Counted from the first letter of the stretch, positions 27,157-40,580 are shown. The stretch: DNA of 64,000 bases from Lingula anatina (GCA_051362555.1 CM120642.1:29698001-29762000); one strand, 5' to 3'. A program made the numbers and translations. The notes: generated by a model not told the origin, from the letters alone.

Positions 27157-30100
27157 ATGTCCAGTAAATTGGTCAGCGCACACAGGACAGAATTACATTC
27201 AGCGAACAATGTTTGGTAAGACCACATCATCGGGGAAATACATACAGTATTAAAAGCTGTTCTCAGGCATACGATACAAAGCCACTTTTCTCACCTGCAC
27301 CATCAGAAAGAGCTTGAAGAGATTTCTGTTATCTTGTCATTAAGCAACGAGAACTGAATTGGTTGTCGGTCCAAAATAGTCCTGTCTGAATACACCTTAG
27401 CGAATAACGTCATATGAGTTTTTACAGTGAAACTGTTTTCCATCTTTACAGGGGATAAATTTCATCCCATTTTCCAATGAATTTACTTTCGGATTTACGG
27501 AATTTTTATATTGTGATAATTTTCAGGGCTGAATTTGGCAAGCTAGCAGCCGAGCACGAGGCTATCAACCTTGGTCTGGTAACTATGTCTTATAAAAAAA
27601 TCAGTCTTATACTTCGCTGAGATAATAGATGTCCTGAAATCTTTAGTTACGGTACTAATAAATGCACTCTGTAACATTTGTAACATCGACATAAATTTAA
27701 GCAGAAGCGTTGACGGGATCGTACAGCGTGTACATGTACATGATGTAAATTACAGTATTACATGTATATCCACCACCGGATGCGAGATGAGTGATGCGGC
27801 TGATGATGATTATGAAGATGATTACTATTTCAATATATCCAGGCATACATGATTACTGTCCGCTGAACATAAACTTGTCCTTTCTCCCAGGGATTTCCAG
27901 ACTTCTCCCCTCCAGAATATGTGAAACAAGCCCTCTGTGATGCCACCATGAGCAGCAATGTTCTGCTGAACCAGTACACCAGGAGCTTTGTAAGTCTTAT
28001 TGCATTTTACTTACAGTGTTACATTGGAAGGAATTATATACCAATAAACATGTATATCTGGTATGTTGTGTTATGTTATAGTAGGGTAGCTATATGCCTT
28101 AATAAAAGAAAGGAAAACCCCTTAATTTCTTATAACCACGCAAAGAATCCTTTAGGAGATTTTTGCACCATGCTTAATTTCCTTGAGAAACACCTGCAGT
28201 ATTTCTGGCATTTCATGTAATTCAATTATTTTACACTGTTTATCTGTATATTTCTCTATGCATGGCCATGGATCTATGCACAGCACTACGGACGTTAGTG
28301 CGCAATTTTAAAAGAAAAAGCACACTTTCTACAACCCCACAAACCTTTCCACCTGCGGTATTTAGGTTTAGAAGTTATAGATCGGCTCACTTGTCTTTTT
28401 AAAAGTTAACATGATTTTGTTTATCTGTTGCTTCTGGATTAGGTCTGTACATATCAGAAATACCATAATACACATGTACAGTATTCTGGGGTCAATCCAG
28501 GTTTCCTGGAACTTTCAAATAGCTTAAAATATTTTGAATAGGATATTCTTTTAAATCAGGGTCATCAGGTGACGTCATGTTTCAGAGTTTTGCAAGACTG
28601 GTTCAGGCAATCTTTAAGATGTCCTCTTCTTCCAGGGTCACCCTAGACTTGTTCAGGCAATCTCCAAGATGTTCTCCCCACTCCATGGTCGGACCATTGA
28701 CCCAATGAATGAGATAATCGTCACAGTTGGTGCCTATGGGGCTCTGTACTGTACCATCATGGGGTTGATCAACCCTGGGGATGAGGTAGGTCCTACTTCC
28801 AGGTGGGTTCACTTGCAATGAAAAAAGAACAGGTTCTCTGGTCGTTCTGTTTGTTTACAGGATCCTTTTTTAAAACCAAGATCTGAAGTGTCTAACATGC
28901 TTGATTTGGCTCCATAAAATGACAAGATAGGTTGGTTATGCGGTGTTAAGAGATTTGAGCTGTGATTGGTTCCCAGTGAAACATTGACGTCTGGTCATGT
29001 CAAATGATGCAGTCAATTGTATCAAAAGAGATTTACAGCCTTAGCTCTGGCAACAGTTAAAAGGGAAAACAATACAGCATGATCAGTGTGCACAAGTATG
29101 GGTTAAAATAGTGATTATTATAATCCTATATAATTATTTGGAAAGGTCAGCAAATATTAGATAACGTATTTAGATAAGTGTAAGTGAATTAAGGGTCCGA
29201 GGGTTAAAGGTGAGACGTTACATTTCTCATTTATTTCCAGGTGGTCATTATTGAGCCGTTTTTTGGATGTTATGAGCCTATGGTAAGGCTTGCAGAGGGG
29301 GTACCAGTGTTTATACCACTTAGAGCAGAGGTAAGAATGGCTGCATGGTGATTATTTCCACAGCAAACACAACCAGGGCACTATTTATGGTGGTGCTTGG
29401 ATTGCTGATTGTGTTTTGTTGCACCTGTCACATTTAGAGCGAAATGCTCCCAGATCAAGAAAAGTATACAGCTTGCAAAAATAAAAGCTTTATTCAGCGC
29501 AATTCATAGATTAATTTTTTTTTAAAACCTTGTAACATTATAATGTGAATGATGGCATTTAACACCCCCTTCAAATATTTTGCCAGTTTACAGCAATTAC
29601 TTAATTTAAAAATGTTATATTATTAACTGTGATTTAAGTGTTTGTGGATTTTCCAGAAAGCAACATTGGTGTCATCCAGTGCAGATTGGAAACTAGACCC
29701 AGAAGAACTGGCCAGCAAGTTTAATATTAAAACTAAAGCAATCATTATCAATACTCCACATAACCCAACTGGCAAAGTAGGTTGAAAGGTTTTAATAGTT
29801 CATTTAATGTAGGGCATATGTATTTTTTATTAGTTTCAATGGACCATTTAAACCCGGTCATTTCTCTTGTATTTTTCTGTCTCTGCTGGAACTGGAAATG
29901 ACAGGTGTTTTCCAATGTCCTCTGAAATTCAGGGTTTGTTTAATTGTTGAAACAAAAAAAGGGCGATTGAAGTGCTACATATCATCCACGGCTCTGATCT
30001 ATCCTTGGTGTAGGTTTTTTCCAGGGCAGAGTTGGAGGTGATAGCAGACCTGTGTAAACAGCATGATGTGATGGTGATATCAGATGAAGTGTATGAGTGG

Positions 30101-33100
30101 ATTACTTTCCAAGGGGAGGAACATGTGAGAATAGGTAGGAAAACTCCAGCATGTGCTCTACTTCCTCCTACGACTGATTAATCACTGCCTATATTTAGTC
30201 ACTTTTTTTTTCAGAAAAAGTATTTTGAAAAGGATCTGAATATTTACAAATATGTAGGATGATTTTCGCACATTCTATATTGATATTTTTATACAAACGC
30301 TGCCTGTACATTTAACTATCCCCTGCGTATACTGTCGCCCGACATCTTTATCACTGTTCACTTTTCATTGTAAACACAATAAATGGATAACCATGTGGCT
30401 TTATTCCTAAAACTCAATTTTTAGGACTGAGATACATATACAGGTACACCTTGTTCAAGCCTGCTTAGCATTTTCGTTTTGAAGTTTTTTATTTATTTAT
30501 TCAATTACGACTTTTTAAATTTTTTTCAACACTGGCGTTTTCGGTGGGTGACTTTTAACTTCTATGGGTCTGAAGCCTACTGCTTCATGTAGATACATTT
30601 TGTAAATATACATAAAATTGGTGGTGATAATGATGTAAAGCATTATGTTATATTGGATCAAAATGAATAAAAACCCTATTTAGTCCACTGACATTTTAGT
30701 TTATGATTTATGTCTGTACATTTGATAGCTTTTCTGCCTCGTTTAGTTTGCTGTTATAAAAATGATTTAAATCTCTCAGATGCCATGTCATTTAAAAAAG
30801 AATTAAGTTCTTGCCACTCCTCCAAACCACTTTGTGGAATTGCATGTAGTGACTTTATAATTTTAACATCCAACCGGTAATTAAAATAAGAACTTAAATG
30901 TTTAAGTACTAGTTATTAATATTATTATTGAATTATTTCAACTTGTAAAAAAATATCCCCTCTTTTCTAGCCACCCTACCAGACATGTGGGAGCGTACCA
31001 TCAGTATCAGCAGTGCTGGGAAGACATTCAGTGTGACAGGCTGGAAGCTGGGCTGGTGTATAGGACCTCCACACCTGATAGAGGGCGCTCAGAGGATTCA
31101 CCAGAACTGTAACTACACCTGCCCTACTCCACTACAGGTATGTGGGACATCAGATATATAGGTGTATGTTTTAAATTAAAGGTGTATTGCTTCATGAGTA
31201 TATATTGTAAAGTTACCTGCCAACAAAGGCATGGAAAAACAGTTAGTCTGACTGTTGCTATTTAAATGCAGGTACCCAGTAACTGCATTTTTATCATAAT
31301 TAGGAAGCAGTGGCTGTTGGCATGGAAACAGAAGTAAACAGACTTGGTCAGGCAGACAGCTACTTCAAACAACTTAGTGATGACTTGGAAAGAAAGCGTG
31401 ACATTCTTGCCAAGGATCTTCAGGAGGTCGGGTTCGTTCCTGTCATTCCCCAAGGAGCGTACTTCATGATGGCCGACTTTTCGCATTTAAGTTGGTATTT
31501 TTTAGAAACACGAATTTAAATTAATTTAATTTTGAATAATAAAAGGCAAATATATCTATTAGGAAAACAAGGAATAGCATATATTCCATATCATAAGGGA
31601 CTGTAACATTTCAGAGATGAAAATCACTTACTTTGGAACGAAAGATTTAAGATACTACTATATTTTGCTTTTATCTAAAGAGGTCATTGTGAAGTATATA
31701 GCAGGCAAAGTTTCTTGAAAGTTGTTCCAGAGTATATGATAAGCATCTCAAAAGCTTTACGAAAAGATCTTGAAGCCAAGAACAATCCAACAGAAAATGT
31801 TGTCTTTGTTTTACAATAAATCTTTATTTTCTGATCACTTTACTTATGTAATACAACATAAACATACAGTATTATATTCAGTTTGTATAATTACAAATTC
31901 ATAAAATAACAGCTTATTCAGAATAAATTAAAATGTTTTGTTGCATGGTAAAATTTTCAATTGGCCAAAGCAGAAAGTTTGTTTACTCCCACGTAGAAAG
32001 GTGCCTCTATCTTTTAATTACAAGAACCTAGACAAATAATCTAAAATATGTTAATATAAAAAGTCTGGATTATACATTTTTTACATATATTATAGATGTC
32101 AGTTTTGATGACAGTAACAGTCCTGACACTACAGAGGATGTCAAGTTCTGCAAATGGATGACTGTCAATAAGGTGAATTATAAACAAACTGCATGTGTGG
32201 ATATACATGTATGCATACATAAACGAATACACTGACTTGTGTGCTTCTCACCTATGTGCATGAAAATAAGATAATATAATGATATAAGTGTGATCACAAT
32301 CTGTAAAAATATTTGATCAATTTAATATTCTTACTATCATATTCCTATGTAAATAAGATACTTATTTACCATATGTAAATAAGATAATGTTTTGTCACAG
32401 TTATGAAAGTGAAGATCACCCTCGATATAATGACAATGCATTTAATACCAGGAAGAAATTATAACGTTTATTGTGAATCTAAATTAAATACCTGTCATTC
32501 GAACATTTCAGAAGCTGTCTGCTATCCCACCAAGTGTTTTCTACCACAAAGGTAACAAACATTTAGGAGCCAAATATCTACGCTTCTGCTTAATCAAGGT
32601 AAGTAAAGATTGAGAAATATAAGGGCGATACATCCTTTTTTTCATTGACCTGTGGTTATTTTTCCATATAACAGTCTTAGCAGTCAATCCATTGGTCTTC
32701 TGTATCAATGGAATATTACCGCAGTTGTCCTTGTTACATGTGAATAAACAATTGTTACTCAATATATACGCTTTTGAAAAGAGTTTGACATCTGCTTTTA
32801 GCTAATATTCTCTTTTGGGCCTTCAATACTTACATTATTCTGAGGTATAACATCAGATGACAATAAAATATTATATTGACAATGTTTATATACATATAGA
32901 TATGGGTAAGGCTTAACAGATATGGGATCGGCCTTCCAAGTAATCATATTTGATTGTTAATTGTAAAATTATCATACAATGAACGTCTAACCATTTTCCA
33001 CACAACTAAAATTATGCCTAAAGCTGAATAATCTTATAGCAGTGTGGGAATTCTTCAAAAAGTACTTTGAATTCTCTAAGTAGAAACACAGCTTCAAACG

Positions 33101-33255
33101 AATCATTAATTGATTAAAATGGATTAATTTGCTTAAATGGTATTGAACTGATAACAAGAATTTCAACTATGACTAAACTTCATTTCTGTTTGAAGGAGGA
33201 CGGCACCCTAAAAAGAGCAGCAGACATATTGAAAGAATGGAAGAAATCCTTATAA
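27157..33255 (+). CDS. KYAT3: Kynurenine aminotransferase (KYAT3/CCBL2-like), copy B; 422 aa, no leader
   Basis: In-frame GT-AG exons 27157-27215, 27527-27578, 27891-27989, 28636-28785, 29241-29330, 29657-29776, 30014-30134, 30971-31137, 31304-31490, 32096-32172, 32512-32598, 33196-33255. No stops; PLP Lys (SAGKTF), SDEVY and the Arg of LRFC are intact. Confidence 0.9.
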
Positions 33256-33433
33256 CGGGAAGAAATGGGTGACAGATAAAAATAGATATAATATCTTAAC
33301 GAATACAAATATTTAATTCAAATATCAGTGCTAATCATTAGGCATGCAGTGTTAGATATATTTCATATCAGGTTAGTATATTGAACGCAACTGGTTTTTG
33401 GAACGAGTCTTTGAATGGGAATACGAACTAGCT

Positions 33434-33447
33434 AATAAAAATTTAAT
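33434..33447. terminator. Back-to-back polyadenylation signals between KYAT-B and GPCR1
   Basis: AATAAA on + (33434-33439) and ATTAAA on - (33442-33447). The paralogous site at 36936-36949 has AATAAA on both strands. Confidence 0.45.
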
Positions 33448-33518
33448 TCTGCAGAATGTCGTTTATGTTACAATAAGGGAATGAAAGTGAAAGTTACGTA
33501 CGCAAAATCCCAGGTACG

Positions 33519-35035
33519 TCACACTTCCTGATTGCCATTGGGTTGAGTTATGCTGCCATAAGAGACGTGGCTGCGCACGTGGGACCTTCTACCTCCCTTT
33601 ATCTTTATCCAAATTTTTGTGTAAATTAATTCCTTGGTTTCAATCCACATTGCTTTTAATTCTTCCCTGTATGGGCGGGCAATCAAGCAGTAAAGAAAGA
33701 AATTCGAGGCATGATTCATGTAAAATAATAGTATGAAAACTGAGTAAATCATAGAAAACTTTGCTCTCTCGTAATCGGTAGTAGTTCCATATATTTTGAT
33801 AATATCAGCTTGGATCATGTTGAATCCCGTTGTCATGATCCAATACGCCACCGTGACGGAGATGAGCATTCTGGTAACACTCCTCTGTTCTTCGACCTGT
33901 CCCTCTCTATGTAACCTGCAGCCTGGGATTGGTATTGTGGTCTTCGGTACTTGCGATCCGTTCCTCTCATTATCTTTCCAGACGGCACAAACTAGCCAGA
34001 TGTTAATGATTGGCAAGCCGACAAAAGGGATGATCCAATATATCACTAGAGCCACCCATTTGTATGTGGAATAGTAATTCCCTACGTCGCCTGAAAAGCA
34101 AATTACACTGTACACATTTTGTTTAGCCTATCATTATAACCTAAAAAAAAAGAAGTCCTCTAAATAATAGTGCATCAATTTAAGTGCAACAACGAATCTT
34201 AATGATATACTGGCTAATGTTGTACGCTTGATTAATATTTCACTGTAGCAAGCTTACCTGCATCCTTACTGTGTATTGTCAGGAGTTCTGGGGAATCGTG
34301 GTAGATATTCCAGCATATCTGCCGCCCACACTCGTAGAAATAAATATCAAATAAAGGGATAGGGATGTTCAAAATGAGGAGGAAAACCACGATCGCAACG
34401 ATGTAAATCCGAGTCTTCTTAATTGAAAAAATCACCTCGTGTTTTGGCGTGTTAATATGTCTCAGGAGTCTCTCCCCACTCATCAACATTATCATACACG
34501 CACTCATTTCAGGCGCGAAATACACCGTGAATACAGTCAGCCCACAGAGCCCTTTACTGGCTGTCATCGCTGGATAAAGGAGCTCGTACTCGACCCAGTA
34601 GGAGAAGCCGTCGATTAAGGTACAGCAGTCAGCTACAGCCAAAGCTATCATGATGTTACAGGTGGTCACTCTACGTAATTCCCGCCTCAGCAAGACACAA
34701 ACACAAAGCACATTGAAGAACAAACCCACGAAGTAGATTATCGGCCGCCCTATAAGACGCATATAGTCTGCAGCCGCGACCAAGGTGTTGTTGGGGAGAT
34801 AGTCGATGCGGAGCCTGGCGGTCGTGACGGCCTGGTTGAACAGAATTTCTTCGCACTTGTTGGCGTGAGAGCCGTTTCCTGTGGGATACCACCAAGAATA
34901 ACCCATTGCGTACTCTGAGTCACCGACGTCCTCCATATAAATGGACATTTCTCCTTCTGAGTCCTGGAAAGCATTGGCGGCGAGCGCCCAAGACAGCATC
35001 TGTTTAATTATAATTGTCACAAGCACTCTATCCAT
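33519..35035 (-). CDS. Class A orphan GPCR (FMRFamide/peptide-receptor-like), GPCR1; 2 coding exons, 449 aa, N-terminal signal peptide
   Basis: Exons 35035-34258 and 34090-33519 with a phase-1 GT-AG intron. Seven hydrophobic segments: GLFFN (TM1), LAVAD (TM2), SGERL (DRY equivalent), NHASNFFLYCL (TM7), TM3 and ECL2 cysteines. Confidence 0.9.
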
Positions 35036-35584
35036 TGTTGATGAATCATTGATTTCACAGCTGGAAACAATGGCTCGGGTTTAAAAATAAATATAATAAA
35101 AGTATATTGATAGTAATGCTCGTGACAAAAATGATAAATACAACAGCACTGATAAGAATATAACATATATTGATAATGTGATAAAAATAATAATATGTAG
35201 AGCCGGCGCAGTGACTCATGTTCTTTTAATGATCACTGAATGATTATTAATCATTGATCTGAAATGTAGGCATTACTGATGGAAATCAAGTGTTGAATTT
35301 AGAACAACACTAACAGTAACGTGAAATTCCTTATGGCATATTCCATAACTACTCAAGTGACCTTACAAATTGATGAAATACTTCGAATTTTCAACCCAGG
35401 AAGACGTATATATGCACCATAAAATATTAGCCGATAGAGAGTCCATCATAAATGATATGTATTGTTTTAACACTGATATACCCGACCAATCATTTAATCT
35501 TTTTTTCAGTCGGTGCTTGCTTCATATTTATCAGACATTGGTATTTATGAGGGTGCAATGAAAATGTTGTTATTGACGAGGTCA

Positions 35585-35625
<41 letters not shown>

Positions 35626-36142
35626 ATAGCCTGATGCTGTTACTGCGATTGTTGATCAACAACGCATGCCGAGGGGAGTGGGGATTTCTTCGGGGTACCT
35701 CTTTAAATGTCAGCCTTTTCCTTTCTTCCTGGCGATCAAAAGTCCTTCTGTCAGCATATTGACGAATACCACATATTTTACAAATTACATGATAACGTGT
35801 ATTGTGGGTCTTCAGCTATTGCCACCCCTACCACTACCGAAAACAATTCTCAGCCTTTGCGGCACTGACTACGTAGGCGCCGTCTTCACGGATGACTTCA
35901 GTGATACGTACTCCGAAGTCAATAATGATGTGAATAAAATAGAACAAGTATGAGTGAAATACAAGAAATACAGAATGCTGCCAAAATAGAAAAGTAGGAC
36001 AACTTGATTGAACCATTAACTTTGGAGCTTCAACTGGTTAAAAGCAGTTCGTTGTCAAGGAAACATACTGCCTTTCTATCAAGTGTTATTTATGTTATCT
36101 CCTTAAAGACCATTAGTGTAAGGAACTTGGTGATTACAACTG

Positions 36143-36825
36143 TTTCTTGAAAAAGTATTCCAAAGCTTTGCTAAAAGATCTTGGAAACATAAAACAATCA
36201 AACAGAAAATGATCTGTTTGTTTTACAGTAAACCTTTATTTTTTATCATATTATTTATGTAATGCAACATAAACATATCAAATTTAGCTGATATAATTAC
36301 AAATTCATAGAAAGACAGCTTATTCAAAATAAATGAAAATGTTTTGTTGCATGATAACATTTTAAGTGGCCAAAGCAGAAAGTTTGTTTATTCCTACATA
36401 GAAAAGTGCCTCCACTTTTTAATTTACAAGAACATGAACACATTATCTAAAAATGTTAATATAAAAAGTCTGGACTATACTTTTTTATATCTATTACAGA
36501 TGTCCGCTTTGATAAACCTGATATTCCTGACATTACAGAGGATGTCAAGTTAGTTCTGTAAATGGATGACCGTCAAAAAGGTAAATTCTTAACGAAATGC
36601 ATCTGTGGATATAGAAGTATGCATACACAAACCTATACAGACCTGTGTACTTGTCATCTATGCGTATGGAAATAAGATAATAAAGTGCTATGAGTAACGT
36701 GTGACCAATATCTGTACAAATATATAACCAATTTCACATTCTTACTATATTTATAGGATAATATTATGAAAGTGAAGAAATACCTCCATATTATAACAAT
36801 GCATGTTATACCAGAAAGAAATTAT
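36143..36825 (+). pseudogene. KYAT third-copy remnant (one exon plus flanking introns)
   Basis: Aligns to copy B about 31710-32463. Exon 36500-36580 (homolog of 32096-32172) has a 4-bp AGTT duplication giving a frameshift and stop. The last two exons are deleted and the sequence resumes in 3'UTR homology near 36905. Confidence 0.85.
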
Positions 36826-37014
36826 ATATATATATATATAGATTGTTCTAACTTCTGTGTAAAGAGTACATAATCGAGGTCCAATTAGAAGTGAAACAAT
36901 TAAATACTAACTTTGAATAGGAATATGACCTAGCTAATAAAAATTTATTCCGCATAATTTCGTTTTCGTTCAATAAGAGCAAGTGAAAGTTACGAAGGCT
37001 TTATACAATGTTTG

Positions 37015-38513
37015 TCACACTTCCTGATTTCCGACGAGTTGATTTAAGCTGCCATACGATGAGGCGCGGCCGAGCACGTGTGACCTTCTAGCTCCTTCTG
37101 TCTCTCTTTTTGTGTAAATGCATTCCTTAATATCAACCCACATTGCTTTTAATTCTTCCCTGTATGGGCGGGCACTCAAGCAGTAAAGAAAGAAATTCGA
37201 GGCATGATTCATGTAAAATAGTAGTATGAAAACTGTGTAAATCATAGAAAACTTTGCTCTTTCGTAATCGGTAGTATTTCGATATATATCTATTATATCT
37301 GCTTGAATCAAGTTGAACCCCGTTGTCATGATCCAGTATGCCACCGTGACGGAGATGAGCATTCTAGTGACGCTCTTCTGTTCTTCGACTAGCCAGTCTC
37401 TATGTAACCCGGAGCCTGGGGTTGGTATGGTGGACTCCAGTACTTGCGACCCCTTCTTCTTATTATCTTTCCAGATGGCATATATAAGCCTGGCGTTAAT
37501 GACTGGCAAGCCGACTAAAGGGATGATCCAGTATATCACTAGAGCCACCCATCTGTATACCGAGTAGTAATCCCCTTCCTCAGCTGAAAAATTGAACATT
37601 TTGTCTATAGCTTATCATTATCCTAGAAAGAAATCAGTAAGTCTCCTTATTTAAATTAAACGCGACCTTGGATCTTATTTATATATACTGGCTGATGCTG
37701 TACGCTGGGTTAATGTTTCGCTATAGTTAGCTTACCTGCATTGTGATTGTGTATTTCCAGGAGTTCTGGGGAATCGTGGAAGATATTCCAACATATCTGC
37801 CGCCCACACTCATAGAAATATATATCAAATAAAGGGATAGGAATGTTCAAAATGAGGAGGAAGACCACGATCGCAACAATGTAAATCCGAGTTTTCTTAG
37901 TTGAAAATATCACCTCGTGTTTTGGCGTGTTTATATGTCTGAGGAGTCTCTCCCCGCTCATCAATATTATCATACACGCACTCATTTCGGGCGCGAAATA
38001 CACCGTGAATACAGTCAGGCCACAGAGCCCTCTACTGGCTGTCATCCCTGGGTAAAGGAGCTCGTACTCGATCCAGAAGAAGAAGCCGTTGATCAAGATA
38101 CAGCAGTCAGCGACAGCCAAAGCTGTCATGATATTACAGGTGGCCACTCTGCGTAATTCCCTCCTCAACAGGACACACATACCAAGTACGTTGAAGAACA
38201 AGCCCACGAAGTATATTGTCGGTCGCCCTATAACACGCATATAGTCTGCAGCCGCGACCAACGTGTTGTTGGGGAGATAGTCTATGTGAAGACGAGAGTT
38301 TGTGACCGCCTGGTTGAATAGGATTTCTCCGCACCTGTTGGCGTGAGAGCCGTTTCCTATAGGATACCACCGAGAATCCCCTATCCTGTACCCTGGGTCA
38401 CCGACGTCCTCTATATAAACCGACATTTCTCCTTCTGGGTCCGGAAAAGCATTGGCGGCGAGCGACAAAGACAGCATCTTGTTTATTATTATTGTCACTA
38501 GCACTCTATCCAT
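37015..38513 (-). CDS. Class A orphan GPCR, GPCR2; 2 coding exons, 448 aa, close paralog of GPCR1
   Basis: Exons 38513-37736 and 37583-37015, same intron position and motifs as GPCR1; both proteins end NQEV. Confidence 0.9.
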
Positions 38514-38585
38514 TGTTGATGAACCATTGGTTTCACACCTGGCTTCAAACTGAAAATAATAAGATTATTATGATGGTAATGTTCG

Positions 38586-38587
<2 letters not shown>

Positions 38588-38678
<91 letters not shown>

Positions 38679-38682
38679 TTTT
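38588..38682. repeat. (TA)n plus poly-T tract
   Basis: Directly visible. Other (TA)n tracts lie near 35588, 49808, 50329 and 57853. Confidence 0.95.
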
Positions 38683-38929
38683 ACCTATTCATTTTTTTTT
38701 TTAATTTTTGTGTATTCATTTATTTATAATATAATTATTTTTTTGCAATCGGTGGTTACTTCATATTTATCAAACATGAAGGTGCAATAAAATGCTATTA
38801 TTGACGAGGTCAGGCGTGTCACCTAATGCTGTCAGTGCGATCAACAACGCACAGCCGGGAGGAGGTAATTTTTTAGGGGGACCTCTCTAAAAGTTCAACC
38901 TTTACCTTTCTCCATCAGTCAGCATATTG

Positions 38930-40580
38930 ATCAGTACTAAATATTTTACAAATAATATGCAAACATGCTTATTGTTAGGCCTTCAACTATTGCCCCCAAC
39001 ACACCCCACAACCCCACCACCCAACCACCTCCAAAAAATATTTCTCGCCCAATGCAGCACTGACAACGTTATTTCCAGGTGTCACGTACCTTCACAGATG
39101 ACTACGGTTATATGTGCCCTGGATACGAATGATGGAACTAAAAATAGAACTATGAGTAATACATCACGTGATATTTTACCTGTTGTAAAGTAAACAAATG
39201 AGGAATTTGTGGCGAAAGTGAAAGTACCTATTTCCCGCCTTAATTGCTTAAAGCAATAAATGATGTTCGTAATAGGTTATAACGTTGGTAATGATGGCAA
39301 AGGTATACTACATGTGCAATAATATATATATGAAATTGAAACCTATATCAATATCAATTTTACCTTATTTTCATCATCCCAGTTACGCCCGTAAATGTTT
39401 TCATATGCGTTTACACACTTGATTTGTTTTTCTTATTCTGGACTTAAAGACTTGGCTGCAGCGCTCCCTTCTGCTGCAATCCTAAATTTCACCGCTAATT
39501 GGGCTACACCGTGGGGTTTGCATTCATGCTCGTCTTTACCTCTCTCCCGAATTGACACTGAACTATTTTTATCAAAGCAGTTGTGAACGAGGCCATGGTA
39601 TAAACTTGGTATTGACCAACAAATGTGCAGACGCGTCTAGCCAATTCAGTGAACTAAATGAGCGATTAAATCTTGTAAATTGTCGGTGCTTGTTACAAAG
39701 GAGATTATACGACAATATTATTCCTTACCTGTAATGCATCAATACCACCGCACCGCAAGGGGTACCACAGATTTTACAAATAAAATGCTAACACGCGTAT
39801 TGTAGGCCTTCAACTGTTATCCTCACCACCACCACCACCACCACCGAGAAAAAATATTAGTGGCCTTTGCAGCACTGCGACGTTATTTCCAGATGACTTC
39901 AGTGATACGTGCTCTGAAAGTCCCTGATTAGGCCTAGATGTAAGTAAAAATAGAACAAGTGTGCGTAATACATCACGTGTTGTTTTTACCTGTTGTAAAG
40001 TGAACTAACGAGAAATTTGTAGCGAAAGTGAAAGTAACAGTCCCCCCTTAATTGCTTTACGCATTAAGTGCTGTTAGTAATTGGTAATAATGTTGGGTAA
40101 TGATAGCAAAGGTATACATGTGCAATGATAATATATGAAATTAAAGCCTACTTATATCAATTTTACCTTCAGATAACTTCCATCGTCACAGTTATGACCC
40201 GTAAACTGGTTCATATGCGTTCGCACAATTGGCTTCTTTTTCTTATTTCCGGATGTTAAGACTTGGCCGCACCCCCCCCTTCTTCTGCAATCCCTGAATT
40301 TCACCGTTAATAGAAGGGTGTACGAGATAACACATGTACATGCTCTTTCTTGCTTTTTTCCTGAATTTGACCCTTAACATTTTTTTTGACACTTAACATT
40401 TTTTTATCGAAGCAGTTAATTTGTAAAGGAGGCCATGGTTTAAACTGTCAACTTACTAACCAACAAATATGCAGGTACGGCTATAAAGCCGACTCCGTAA
40501 AAAACATGAGCGATTATAGATTGTACATTATCGGTGCTTGTTACAAAGAAGATTATACAACAAGATTCTTCCTTACCTTT
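38930..40580. repeat. Diverged tandem duplication of a ~830 bp non-coding unit upstream of GPCR2
   Basis: 38930-39735 aligns to 39760-40580. The start of the unit also matches 35750-35960 upstream of GPCR1. Each unit ends in a minus-strand donor-like site (CCTTACCT on +). Confidence 0.75.

Noticed and set aside
27790-27870. Possible intronic C/D snoRNA (ATGATGA ... CTGA)
   Set aside because: The C box is part of a (GAT)n run, there is no terminal stem, and the D box is not kept in copy A.
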